From the IMG/VR virus record IMGVR_UViG_3300048837_000398, positions 39,012 through 103,011 of that record: a DNA stretch of 64,000 nucleotides; one strand, written 5' to 3'. Source of the stretch: a virus. A program made the translations under genes and the position numbers. This document shows, piece after piece, positions 51,759 through 64,000 of this stretch (its first letter is position 1; each line of letters starts with the position of its first letter). Under the pieces are notes generated by a model, which saw nothing but the letters and a program-made list of their open reading frames with translations, searched no databases and was not told where the DNA came from.

Positions 51759-53677
51759 TGGTAAACAGATACTTCAATCCAGTAGCATACGAAGGTGAGC
51801 TCTATGCACCACCTATCGACTACATCGAAAAAAGTCTTAAGCAACTTCAAGAAACTTACGACACTAACTTCGCAGCAGCAGATAAACTCAAAGACTCGTA
51901 TCTAGAGTCACTTCCTAAAGATCGTGCCAGGGCTGACGAATTCCAAAACGACATCATCAAGTCTATCGACGACATCACTGCTAAGTATAGTGGTGACTAC
52001 TCGCAAGCAACTAAAGATCTGTATGCGCTCCAGTCTGACATCAAGCGTAAGCTACGTCCAGGCACAGAGTATTATACTATCGGCAAGAACTTTCAGATCT
52101 ATTCAGAGGCTCTTAAGAATGAGCAAGCTCGCCTAGCTAAAGGAGAGATTTCAGAACACCAATATAGAGCACTCGTCGCTAACATCGACAAAACTTATAC
52201 GGGTGTTAAAGCAGATCCAACTACGGGCACCTACAATACTATTCGGGTGTCACCACTAGCTAAGTACATGGACTCTAATGCAATCGCTACTAAAGCACTC
52301 GACTCACTCAAGCCTCGAGAGATCACGCAGACTAAGGTTGTGAAAGGGCCAGATGGTTACTACACAACTCTCAAAGAGACGACAGTAGGTATCGATCCTC
52401 AAGAAGCATACAACGCAATGAAAGCTGCGCTTACAAACGACGATCAGTTCATAGCTTATTGGCAGCAGTTTAACGATCTGCAAGGAAGTGACGCAGAGAC
52501 AGAGATGTCGAACGTACTCAACGATTACGCGCACAATCTCGTACCGTCTAAGTCAGGTATCTTCAAGCAATCGAATGACATCGACATGAAAGAAGACATC
52601 GTAGCACGTGACGCTAGAGCTTATCACCGAGCAGTTAGCCTCGAGAATCTGCGACTACGTAATCGCATGCACTTCGAAGACTACAAGAACAAAGCTGATG
52701 CTCCAATAGATGGTGGCGATCTCGAGATCTTGGGGCAGTCCAACACTGGCTTTAGCCGTTATCGTAAGATCGAACCTGCTACAGGTTTCTTCTCGACTAA
52801 CCAAGTTAACGTAGATCAGTTGCTCAAGACTCGTTCACGGAACGACATCAACTATAAGCAACTCGAAGCTATCAGAGCTGCTAATCCTAACAAGTCTTCG
52901 CGCGACATTATCGAGCTCTACAATAACTCACTCTCGTCAGATAAGTACGGTTCAGAGATCTACTATACTCGCTACAAGACTACGGCTGCTCAAAACGAAG
53001 AAGCTCAGCGTACTGTTCCGACACTACTCAACGCTAATTCACCGATCATCGAATATGACTTAGCTACGGGAGCTATTACACACCTACTCAAAGCAAGTGA
53101 TCGTGAAGCTGCTATCAAAAAGATGTATGACAAAGCGGACAAACCAACTAAGATAACAGCTAAGGGCTTAGGCAAAACCTCGCCTTCGTCAGGCCACCTA
53201 CCTTTTGGCACGATCTTAGCACCACAGAACTTCGAAGGTAAGTACTACATTGTCCCTGACCAGTCTACTAAGTTCAACGAATTTAACACAGGCTTCTCAG
53301 ACGATCCTACGCAATCACGCCGTTACAAGATGTTCGGCTGGATGCAAGAAACTACGGAAGGACCGATGTTCGAACACTACGTAGAAGGACAACGCGAGCC
53401 CTACAAACTTATGGGAGTCAAAGAGTACTTCTGGAACCCACAAGCTAAACGAACTGAAGAGGATGTGCGTTACTACGGAGCTAAACCGATACGCATGGCA
53501 GACGGCTCGATCACTTGGACACCCGATAAAAACGATCCTCTCATGGAGAATGGTCAGTTTGTAACACCGTTCGAGCTAGAGCGCAAAGAAATTCCTGCTT
53601 CAGCAATATATGCACGTTCACCACGTAAACCAAGAAGCGCTTCATCTGAAAGCGATGTCTCACTAGAAACATTCTAA
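51758..53677 (+). CDS. virion cargo/ejection protein
   Basis: 639 aa, helical N-terminus (MVNRY...Y.PP); position in the cargo module. Confidence 0.65.
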   Translation: MVNRYFNPVAYEGELYAPPIDYIEKSLKQLQETYDTNFAAADKLKDSYLESLPKDRARADEFQNDIIKSIDDITAKYSGDYSQATKDLYALQSDIKRKLRPGTEYYTIGKNFQIYSEALKNEQARLAKGEISEHQYRALVANIDKTYTGVKADPTTGTYNTIRVSPLAKYMDSNAIATKALDSLKPREITQTKVVKGPDGYYTTLKETTVGIDPQEAYNAMKAALTNDDQFIAYWQQFNDLQGSDAETEMSNVLNDYAHNLVPSKSGIFKQSNDIDMKEDIVARDARAYHRAVSLENLRLRNRMHFEDYKNKADAPIDGGDLEILGQSNTGFSRYRKIEPATGFFSTNQVNVDQLLKTRSRNDINYKQLEAIRAANPNKSSRDIIELYNNSLSSDKYGSEIYYTRYKTTAAQNEEAQRTVPTLLNANSPIIEYDLATGAITHLLKASDREAAIKKMYDKADKPTKITAKGLGKTSPSSGHLPFGTILAPQNFEGKYYIVPDQSTKFNEFNTGFSDDPTQSRRYKMFGWMQETTEGPMFEHYVEGQREPYKLMGVKEYFWNPQAKRTEEDVRYYGAKPIRMADGSITWTPDKNDPLMENGQFVTPFELERKEIPASAIYARSPRKPRSASSESDVSLETF

Positions 53678-53678
53678 T

Positions 53679-56600
53679 ATGCCAGATATTACAGGTAAAA
53701 AATCTTATTCTACCCTTGAAGGTCCAGCTCGGCCTAGCATGGGTCAACATTATACGTACGAAACACTCGGTTCAAAAGACACCGCACTAGGACGCGTCTT
53801 CGACAACTATTACGACAAAGCTTTCATTCCTTCGTATTCTCAAGCAGACCAGCGCTACTACAATCAAGGGCACGTCAATGCGTCGATGAACTGGCTAGCA
53901 TCCCTAGGAACTAAAACAGTTATATCTGGTCTACCAGCAATAGCAGGTGGCATCACTTCACTAGTAGCCTCCCCCCTAGCTCTGTCTAAAGACATTAGCT
54001 TCGAAGACGTGTTCGCTAAGAACCCGCTCAACATAATTTCGAAGAGTGTGTCCGAGGCTGCTGACAATTACTTTCCGCTCAACCAGCGTGGCGACTTTAA
54101 CGATCTCACGTTTCTTCAGCAGCTCTCTCGTCCTGGTGAGCTAGCTACTGCTAACATCGACACGTTTTCGTTTCTAGCGCAATCCTTCTTAGGCGGTGGT
54201 CTAGCTGCTAAAGCTGGACTAGGCGCTAAGCTTGCTCCTAAGTTCTCGAAAGCCAAGGACGTATCCGAAGTACTAAAGAATCTCACTGGGCCTAACTTAG
54301 CGAAGACAGCTTCAATCATAGACTTCGAAGTTACGAACGCCCTTATGACCATTAACGAAGCTGCTGCCGAAGGTAAAGATGGATCAGAGCAAGTTCGTGA
54401 AAAGCTTTATGCAGATCGTGCATACGGTAAGAACAATCTTACTGACGCTCAGATCGAAGAGAAAGCTAACCAAACTAACTTCAACGTCTTTTGGCAAAAC
54501 GCCATCACACTTGGACTCACTAACCGCGCATTCACTAAGCTTCTTTCGCCCCTTTTCAAGAGTGCTCCAGCAGCAACACGAGCTAATCCTTATGCACTTC
54601 AGAAGTCCGAAGAGCTGCTCGCTAAAAATAAAACGTACTCTGGTTTCCAGAAGTTTCTGTTCGACAAAGGATATGCTCCAGGTCAAACGACTAAAGCTGT
54701 TCTAGGTCAAACATTATCTGAAGGTTTCCTCGAAGAAAACTTGCAGTTCTCGATTCAAAAGGTTAACGATGCTGACCACGTTCGCGAAGGGTTTTGGGAT
54801 TCACTCAAGAGTTATGGCGAAGACTTCGTTACTTCAGGCTTAGATCTCAACGACAAAGACCGTGGCAAAGCTGTAGGTCTCGGAGCTCTCTTAGGTGGCG
54901 GTTCTGTAGCAGTGCCTAACGTTATCGACACGTTCACTTCTAACGAGAATTCTTTCGGCACTATTGGGGAAGCTCGTAAGCACCGTGAGAACAGAGATCG
55001 TCTGACTACTAAGCTCAACGAAACTTATACGGACTTCATTACGTCTTCTGTCGCTAAGAAAACTCCTAAGACAACAGGTAAACTCGAAGAGGTAGACGGC
55101 AAGTTCTTTCACACGATAAACGGTAAGAAAGAAGAAATAAAACCCGAGACATTCGCAGCACTTTCACAGCAGCTTCCACTCGACGATAAAGGAGCATACG
55201 AAGTTCCTGAGCGTTTCGAGTTCGACGAAAATGGCGACATAGTTATCGACGAAGTAAAAGCTAAGAAGCTTGCTCGCGATGCTAAAGTGCATTCGACGCT
55301 CGACGATCTACTTTCTGAAGAGCTCTCTAAAGTAAACCCCGATGATCTCAAGCTGCGCCTTTATCAGCGTGAGAAACTTTCTGCTATGGCGTACACTGCT
55401 TTCGAAGCTGGTGCAACAGACATATTGCTAGCTAAGCTCGAAGCTCTTGCTACCATTGGTGACGCTACCGCACTCGGCATAAAAGATCCTACGCAACTAC
55501 GCGCAGAAGTAGACTCGATGAAGTCTCACGTTACTCGTCTCGAAGAGCTCTACAAGACTACGCAAGACTCGACAATCATCGGTACACAGAACGCTGCTAC
55601 ACTCAAGCTTAACGGAGAACGTAAAGAGTTTATCGCTACACTTGGCGCACGCATCATTACGCTCGACGATCTAGTAGAGAAGTCACGTGCTGACTACGAG
55701 AACGCCATCTCTGAGATCGCTTCTAAGTATTCAGAAGAAGATAAGAAAGTAATCGAGCGCATTGCTCGCGAAACCTCTGAAGCTTCTACGATGGCTACTG
55801 AGCTGCTCAACCTTTACCGTAAGCGTGCTAAAGCAGTTGGTAAGCCACTAACTGCTAACGAAGTTGCTAAGTACGACGAAGCTATTAAAGAAGGTACGCG
55901 TAAATTAGCTGAACGAGAACTTTCGATAAAAGAAGCGCGTGAATTGACTAAGGCTGCGCAAGACACTGAAGTACGCCAGATCTCTACGTACAAGATTAAC
56001 GAAGACTATCTTACTAAAGCTCGCGAAGAAGCTGGACGGAAGTTCAACGCACTCATCGAACCTAAAGAAGGACTCGCTAATTTCAAAGAACACAAAGCAA
56101 AGCGCACACTCGACACTCCCTACGATTCGTCGAAGCTTCCTTTCGAGCTCTCTACTGATACTACTAAAGAGGAATACGATTTCTTCGAAGCGCGTAAAAT
56201 CAAGCAACTCGACTACTCGCAGAACTTGCAGGCAGCACAATTCGAGACGTACTCTGAAGTTGTGTCTGAATTAGCTTCGTGGGTTAATGCTAAGGACATA
56301 CTTGATGAAGAGACTGCTGCTTCCTTAAAAGACTATGTTGGAGATGTTCTCGACTCACAGACACGACTCTATCCTCAAGATGCTGACGCTCTAGCCGAGT
56401 TAGTAGAAACTAAAGTCTTAGAACTACAGTCTGCTATCGACGCTATCACTAATGACTTTACTTCTCGTGGGATACCTGTTGACGAGTACGGTGCTGACGA
56501 AGACTACTTATTCGATGCTCCCGAAGACGATAGAAAGCTTTCAAATCAACTAGCTGACTTATACCAAGTACGTTCTGCTCTAGGCAACCTAGCTACACAA

Positions 56601-59600
56601 ACACCAGAGATTGTAGCTGCTATCAAAGAACGTGGAACCTACAACTTCAAAGTGCTTTCTCCGAACGAGATCCGTGCTAAGGCAGCAGACTCTCTACTCG
56701 ACTCTCCCGATACTGTAGTTGCGAACGCTATCAAGAACGAACAGTTTAACGAAGACTTCGATGGCCTACTTCGCGTCGAGCTAGAGATGTCTAACGTAGA
56801 GAATTACATTACTATCCTCGAGCAGAAAGTTAAAGAAGATGCTCTATACGAACCAGTGCTCGAAAAGGCTAACTACCTTCTAGAGTCTTTAAAATTTATA
56901 GTAGATGAGATTCAACGTGTTCGTGCTAATAAAGAATTGAAGATTCGTGAATTCAGTCTTATGAGGCTCAAGGGACTCCTCGCCACAATAGACGACTTAA
57001 AAATAAAATTCCCTGATAATCTCGAAGCTTCACTGCGCCTCTTAGCAGAGCAACAACCTCAACACGCGTACTACGTTATTATGGACGCTCTCGCAGATCA
57101 GAAGGTTGATCTGGAAGTGCTCAAAGCAACGATGCGTGAAACCGTGACTGCTCTTCCTATCTGGCAAGTTAAAGGTCTTATCGTTCAAAACATTAGCGAA
57201 GAAGAGTTGGACGTGCTATTCTCTTCACCGGCTCGTGGCTTAGAACTTATCGCCGAAAAAATTCGCACTAACGAACGCAACCAAGGAGCTACAGGGCAAT
57301 CACCGCTCAACGACTTCTTAGATGACTACGATATCGTACGCTTCAAAAGGAATCTCGATAGCTACGTAGGCACAGTAACTACTGCTGCTCAGCTACAGTC
57401 TCTCGTAGATCTCTACCTCAAAGCGCTCGCAATTAAAGACCTCGAGCTTTCTAAGTCTAATCAAGCGTATCGTAATCTAACGACTAAGTTCCTCAAGTTT
57501 GCGCAGGCTCAAGAAGTTAAGAAGGGTAAGGGTGAAAAGGCGATCGCTCCTCCTACAGATGCGCAGCTACAAGCTGTCTCTGAACTAGCGCGCTTCATAT
57601 TCTCTCCGCCATCTCCCCGTAACTACTTGTTCGATAATGTGGCTGGTCTTAAAGCTCCAGCTGGTGCAGGCAAGACGTCCGTGGTTATTCCGCTTCTAAA
57701 AGAAGTGTTAGGACTCGCTAAGACAGCCATGCTGACTGCTGCTCCAACTAAGGGTGCGTCAGAGCTTATCGCTAAAGAAACTGATTCGCAGTACGGAGCT
57801 ACAGACTACGAAGCTCTCATCAACTTACTCGAGAATAAAAGCTTACCGCCAGCAGTGTCCGTAATTGTGTTAGACGAAGCTGGCGCCCTTTCTATTCCTG
57901 AACTCACACGTCTGACTACAGCTCTCGTGCGTTACAACGATACGTCAACCACTAAGGTTAAACTTGTCATGGTGTACGATCCAGCGCAGTTAACTACGGG
58001 TGACAACGCGACAGCTTCTATCGACGCTAAACGCTTCTACGAAGTTCCTAGCCCGATTAACGATTATCACTCTGGTACTCCAGAAGTTAAAGAAGGCTAC
58101 AAGAAAGCTAAGGTCGATAATCCTGAACTAGGTAAAGGCGTAGGTGTTCCTTTCGTACACCACATGTACGATCTTTCTCCGCTTTCGACTACGTTCCGTT
58201 CACCTCTCACAGAGATAGTAGAACTGCAAAACGCGTTCAAAAGTTCTGAGACCGTCTCACAAGTACGCACTTCTTCGAACGCTACTACTAAAGACATGAC
58301 TAATGCTCTAGGTACTGTAGCAGCTTCTTCGCCAGCACACCTCATCGCTACGATAGTTCAGTCTACTAACGATAACAGGGCTCTAGCTCGTACTCGCATG
58401 GTTGTAGTTGGCTCTGAAGACAAGAAGCGTAAGTACACTGAAGATCTGAAGAATGCTAATGTGCAAGATGTTAGCGTCCTTACTGTCGAAGAGTCTCGCG
58501 GTCTCAATGCTGACGAAGTATATGTAGACGTAGTAGAAACAGATGCTCGCGCATATCGGATTCCTAAGAAGCTTAATCAAGCTATCTACACAGCAACCTC
58601 ACGAGCTATCAAGTTCATCTATCTTACTAACGTACAGTCAGGTAAACACGTGCACGATCCTTCGCTACCGTCTAAGCTCGAAGCAATTCAGCAAGCACAA
58701 GAGTCTAAGTATGCTGAGCTTATAGAGCGTCTTAAAGAACGTGTCGAAGCATTTAAAGCTCTAGGCGAAGAAGTAGTTGTTCCACCACCTACCACACCAC
58801 AGGAAGCCCCTGAGGTGACAGAACCGTTGACAGAAGAAGAAGCTTCTGAAGACTTCGCCACAGATATTCCCGAAGAGATCACTCCTACGCCACCTACAGA
58901 TCCGTCAGTTAATCGTCATACGATACGTCGTCCTCAGTCAGAAGTATTCGGGACTACTAAGCTACAGCCTATCACTCCTGGTACTGAAGTGTACTTCGTG
59001 CGAAACGTTGATTCTAACGGTGAGCGTATCGAGATGTATGTGCAGCATACGCCCACCTTGTGGCGATTGGTTGGAATCCTCGAAGACTCCGAAGTAGAAG
59101 AAGTCTCTACTAAGATAGGCGCTAACCTTAGAGAGCTGCCCGAGACACAAGTACGGAAAGCACCATTCAGTGAAGACACTACGCAGCGAAACATCTTTGA
59201 ACTCTCTACTCCACCCTCGCACTTCGCGAATGCACGCATAGGTGTTAATTCGCACGATATTATCTACCACTATGGTGGAGAAGCTACTGCGATGTTTGCA
59301 TCTACGCCCGAAGATCCTAACGGTCTTCAGCACTACGCTAAGTGATGGCTAGAGCAGTGGTACGTAGATCCAGCTAAGCACATTTCTAATTATGCAGACA
59401 TCATTGCTAATCCGCACAACTACTTACGCGTAGTATCGTTCAAGTCTGCTAAAGAGGTTGAAGCTGCTTTTAAATCGATAGCTGATCCTACCAAACGTCC
59501 TAAGCTTAATCGCCCGTACCTCATCATTAGAGGCGCTAAGTCTACTAAGGGTACAGACATTGCACCACAGTTCGTAGCGCTTCGCCCTGCTATCCTGAAA

Positions 59601-62600
59601 AGGGAGTCAGAGGAAGTCAAACAGGTCGAAGAAGCACTCAAGCTTATCGATAAACTGCAGCAGCTAATCGCTTCGTCTTCTCTTCCAGGCCAATACTCTA
59701 AGCTCAAGTTAGGCGAGTCGATCACTATTGGTAAAGACATTTTCTATCCGTTCCACAAGTTTGTTGTCGAACTCTCGACTGCGCATAAGCAGCGCACTAC
59801 AGATCCCACAACTCCGTACGAAATCCGCATGTATGGTGAAGCAGCTCAAGGTTCACCTATCGCAGCCCTCCTTCCATACTTAGATTCGTCACTTCTGTCA
59901 GCCGAGTTACTCGAAACAGCTTTCAAGTTAGACGCGCTCATACATGGTGAAGTTAAGGACGGTAAGCGTCGTTCATACACAGGTCCAGCACAAAAGGCTT
60001 TCAACGCTATTGCACGTCAAAACTTAGTTGCAAGTCTACCTTCTGGCAAGACTCTACTTCTTCGCGACTACTATCAGACAGAAGACCGCGACGACAAAGA
60101 GATCGAAGTTGCTACAGGCGCATCGCTGCTTGGGCCTATCAAGTTCTTACGTGAAGGCGGCCAGTCTTACAATCCTACAGTAAAGAAGTCACTAGTCGAG
60201 ACGATCAAACGCTACTTAGCTTCTCTTGAAGCACGCAATCAAACCAACTCGCCACGTCACAAAGTACTTTCGCAAGTTGCGTCTAATCCTTTCTACTCTG
60301 TCATCAAGCCACCAACTCTCTTAGAGCTTAACGAGTTATTCGTAGGTTCTGCAGATGCTAGCGGTAGGCTCTCTAATGTCTCTGAAGGATTCGGTCTACG
60401 TCGACCACTGCCCACATGGGCACGAGAAGAGTTCTACAAAACTAAGACTCTTGCAGACGTAACGATCTCTGACTACTTAGAGACTACTCTCGAAAAGATA
60501 TCGCCTACACGCATAGACATAGAGTTCGGAGAAGTAGATTCAGAACTAGAAGTAGTCGAGACTAAGCCGCTTCGTGTATCTAAGCAAATGCTTATTCGTA
60601 AGCGTATTCGCGAACAAAAGCCAACTCTGAATCCTCTGGACGCTCTCGAAGAACAAAGAGTAAATGACTTACTTCGTGTTGGCAATGAAGTTCTTCCTCA
60701 AGAGATAAAGGACTTTTTTGAGATAGGTGTGTCTACCAATAATAAAATTAAAGTTAAAATTAAGGATATTCCAGGACAATCTTTAGACGCTTCTATGCGT
60801 GCTTGGATAGAACGTAATATTCCGAACGTAGTTTTAGGCAAGATTACTTTTGCAAAAGGCATAGCTGAAGTTGAAATTAAACTTCAAGGCTGGGCTGATT
60901 TCCAACAGTGGCCAATACAAATTGTGAGCGGAATGGGTGGTGCTAGTGAGTTCACGCCAGCTTCGCTACTCGAGTGGGGACGAACTCTAATTGAAACTGA
61001 CTTCCAAGCAAAACTCGCGAACCTTCCTAAGCAAGCACCTCAAGTTGACGTTGTAACGCGACTACGACAGGAGTTTTCAAAAGAAGAGCTCCAAGAGTTT
61101 GTCACTCAAATGCAGGCTAAAGACTTGAAGCAGGCTGTCGAACAATACTTATCAGACTCTACGCAACTAATGTCGTACGAACAGAAGGTTCGAACAATAG
61201 CAGCTGCTATCCGAGCTTTACGCCGTAATGTCACTACGACTACTCTTGAAGAACGTGTGAGAGAAGCGATCACATCTTCAGATACTATCATGGGTATCGG
61301 ACGTGAGAAAGAAAAGTTTACTCCTCGTGACTTCATTCGTGCTGCGATGTATCTCGAGATCTTACCTGACTTAGATCCTAAGCTTCTTATCGAGATCCTA
61401 GACTACGCCCGAGCATACTATGCAGAGAACTACGACGGACAGGTTGCTGACCTCGAAGCTCTGATTCAAGCGTATGGTGGAGTTAGTTTCGATCAGCACG
61501 TAACAGATCTAGCAACTGCGTACGTAAAAGTATTTGGAGAGCTGGGCTACACACTCGAGCCTCTTACAGGCACCACTACAGAAGAAGTCTTAAGCTTCGT
61601 AGAAAAAGCTGTCATTCAGTCCTCTGCTTATCGTGGTACACAACGTGCAAGTTCATCACTCGTTCCTACGCCAGAGTTCCTTACGTGGGTTAACTCTGTT
61701 AAAACAGCGTACGATGCTAACGACGAAATTATACTTAACGCTAAGCTAACAGGTAAGAAGAATAAGGCTCACGTCGATAAGCTAGGTGAGTTCTTCAACG
61801 GCGATGTCACTGCTGACAACATTGGAGATGCTCTTCAAGCAGTAGAATCGTTCATTAGCATCGAGCGTCAAATGACGTTTACTTCTGAAGATGAGAATAT
61901 CGGCCAGCTTATCTCTGAAGAAGAAGCTGACGAGATAGTGCGCCACACTACTCCGCCAACACTCATCGAAACGATAACGTCTATCTTCACAGGTAAGACT
62001 CCTAACAGAGAAGTCACGCGCTTCGTGAACTTCAACTTGCGTCAACAGCAGTTAGGGAAAGATGTTTGGGGCCTCTACAAAGATGGCGTCATCTCTGTCG
62101 TACGTGCGCGCAACGGTAAAGTAGGTACTAAGATCGTGCGTCACGAGCTTTTCCACCGCATCTTTTGGGAATATCTTACTAAAGAAGAACAGCTTAGAGC
62201 TCTCGAATTAGCTGAAGCTCAATGGGGTAAAGCAGATACTATAACTCAAGAAGAAAGACTAGCCGATGCTTTCGGAGAATACTTTACACCACCTTCTACT
62301 TGGTTAGTAGCGCTTTGGGATTTCATGCGCAACATCTGGCGTTTACTAGGATTTACCTACAACAACATGGGATCACTCGATTCTCTGTTCAACTCGATAG
62401 ACGCTGGCTACTACAAAGGAAGTGGGCGTAAAGTCGCAGTAGAACGTACGATGCAGTACATCGGCTCTAAGTTCGACTCGCCCGAAGCCTACGCTTTCGC
62501 ACGTCACGTAGTGTTCGAGCACTTCAACGAAATCTTTTACAATCGCAAGCTTTCTGACAGAGTGCTTTCTTACGAAGAAGCTGTTCGCCAGTCCTTAGAG

Positions 62601-64000
62601 TTCGCTAAAAATTACGAGCCCGAGAATGTGAGTGTTGCCGAAAAGCGTTGGCAAAAGAAAGCACTCGCTACTCTTACGTCTGATAAAGCAGTTAGACGCG
62701 GGTTCATCGACGAATACTTCGGCTCGGCTAACCTCGTACAAGCTCAGCTTATCGAGAAGTGGAAAGAGAAGGGCGAAGAATACTTAGAGACTAAGCGCCT
62801 TATCGAAGAGCTTCAAGAACTCAGAGAGAGCGACGAAGAGTTTGGCGAAGACGAAAATGCTGACCTCGATGACCTACTCGTTAAAGAAGCTAATCTCCAC
62901 GCAGAGATCTTCGAGTCTGAACTTCAAAATCCAGAAGACTCTGTTACGGGACGCGTCAAGCAACGTTTCGTAGGTATCAAATACGAAGAAGCTGGTCAAC
63001 AGAAGTACGCTGATTTCGGATCAGTCTATCAGTTCGTAGTAGAGACGTTCGCAAATGTACCTACTGCTAATCTAGAGACAGTTCTCGAGTCCTTACGTAA
63101 GCGCCTAGCAATCTACGTAGACTCTAAGTCGAACAACATTCGCGCTAAGACAGCACTGCACCTTTCTACCTTAATCGATAAACTCGAAAGAGATGTTAAG
63201 CGTCAAAACTGGAAAGGCGAGCCTAATCCTACGGACGCAGTGTCTTTCCGCAAAGATGTTAGCTCTCCTCTAGTTTATGCTGTAGTTCATAAGCAGGGTG
63301 GTAACGCTAACGTATCGTACGAAGAGGCCTTAGCCAATCCTGCTACTTACGAGATCGTAACTATGGATACACACGCTGACTTCCAAGACCTCGTAGACAG
63401 CATCAAAAGAATCTCTGAGCTCTCTCAAGAAGTAGTGGCTAAGACGTACTATCACTTCGAAGACGTCAATTTCTTTAAAGCTCTATTGATGGCAGCTGGT
63501 TCCTTAGGACGAGCTTACCCTCACGTAGCTATCCAAGAGTTTTACTATGGCCGCTACAAGTCTAGGTACATCGCTAACAGAACGTCGTCATCTAGAAAGG
63601 TATTCGAATCTAAGATAGACTCGGGATTTCAATCGTATGCAGCGGCTCAAAGCACTACGCTATTCTCAGAGCAGTTTATGACTGATATCTCAGGTAAGAC
63701 TACGATCGAAGATCAACGCATGGCGATACACCGCTTCTTAGCTCTGATAGGCATTCCTACTGACAAGCTCAAGACAGCCACTCCTAACGACGTAGCACTC
63801 ATCTACGATAAGCTGCCGATTTCCCTCCGTGCTATGCGCGAAAACTTCGACAACTATTATCTCAATGTTCAGCCTAGCGAAGAAGAATATATGTCGCTAA
63901 AGGAGATCATTAGCTCAGAGTCTACTCTAGTTAGTAATCTCGTTCAGATGCTCAACAACAACTCTTCGCTTATCGAGAACTCGAGCTACCGGCGTGGTGA
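53679..64000 (+). CDS. giant virion protein (>3400 aa, partial) with SF1 helicase and zincin domains (TGA 59343 = Trp)
   Basis: APAGAGKT (~57654), VLDEAG and YTATSRA (~58587); HELFH (62142-62156) with downstream EERLADAF. The frame stays open to the window end. Confidence 0.85.

Noticed and set aside
16166-59345. Pseudogenes or sequencing errors explaining the split ORFs
   Set aside because: Outside the introns every break is an in-frame TGA with no frameshift, in essential genes, and a tRNA(UCA) is present.

Overview
The window is about 64 kb of a crAss-like (Crassvirales-type) podophage genome. The host is probably a Bacteroidota, inferred from TAnnTTTG promoters, AT-rich starts lacking Shine-Dalgarno sites and Gln-after-cleavage signal peptides. 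A minus-strand arm (1-7013) carries a MoxR-type AAA+ ATPase, a membrane-anchored GH73 hydrolase and many small membrane or secreted proteins. It diverges from a plus-strand arm (7.4-64 kb) carrying GroES/GroEL, a tmRNA/tRNA cluster, terminase, portal, major capsid protein, tail fibres, tail proteins, cargo proteins and a giant virion protein of more than 3400 aa that runs off the end. The two arms appear to use different genetic codes: TGA terminates genes on the minus arm, while about 20 in-frame TGA codons on the plus arm fall where Trp fits. An atypical 96-nt tRNA with a UCA anticodon is present. The RNA content is unusually rich: a type II hammerhead ribozyme, a 232-nt tmRNA with a 36-aa tag whose 3' end is duplicated around an HNH endonuclease gene, three tRNA-shaped RNAs lacking a normal anticodon arm, and a promoter-driven, highly paired ~275-nt RNA I cannot assign to a family. 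Selfish elements are two group I introns in the capsid gene (one with two endonuclease ORFs), a class 3 intein in GroEL and an intein in TerL. All calls were made by eye, with no database searches or folding programs.
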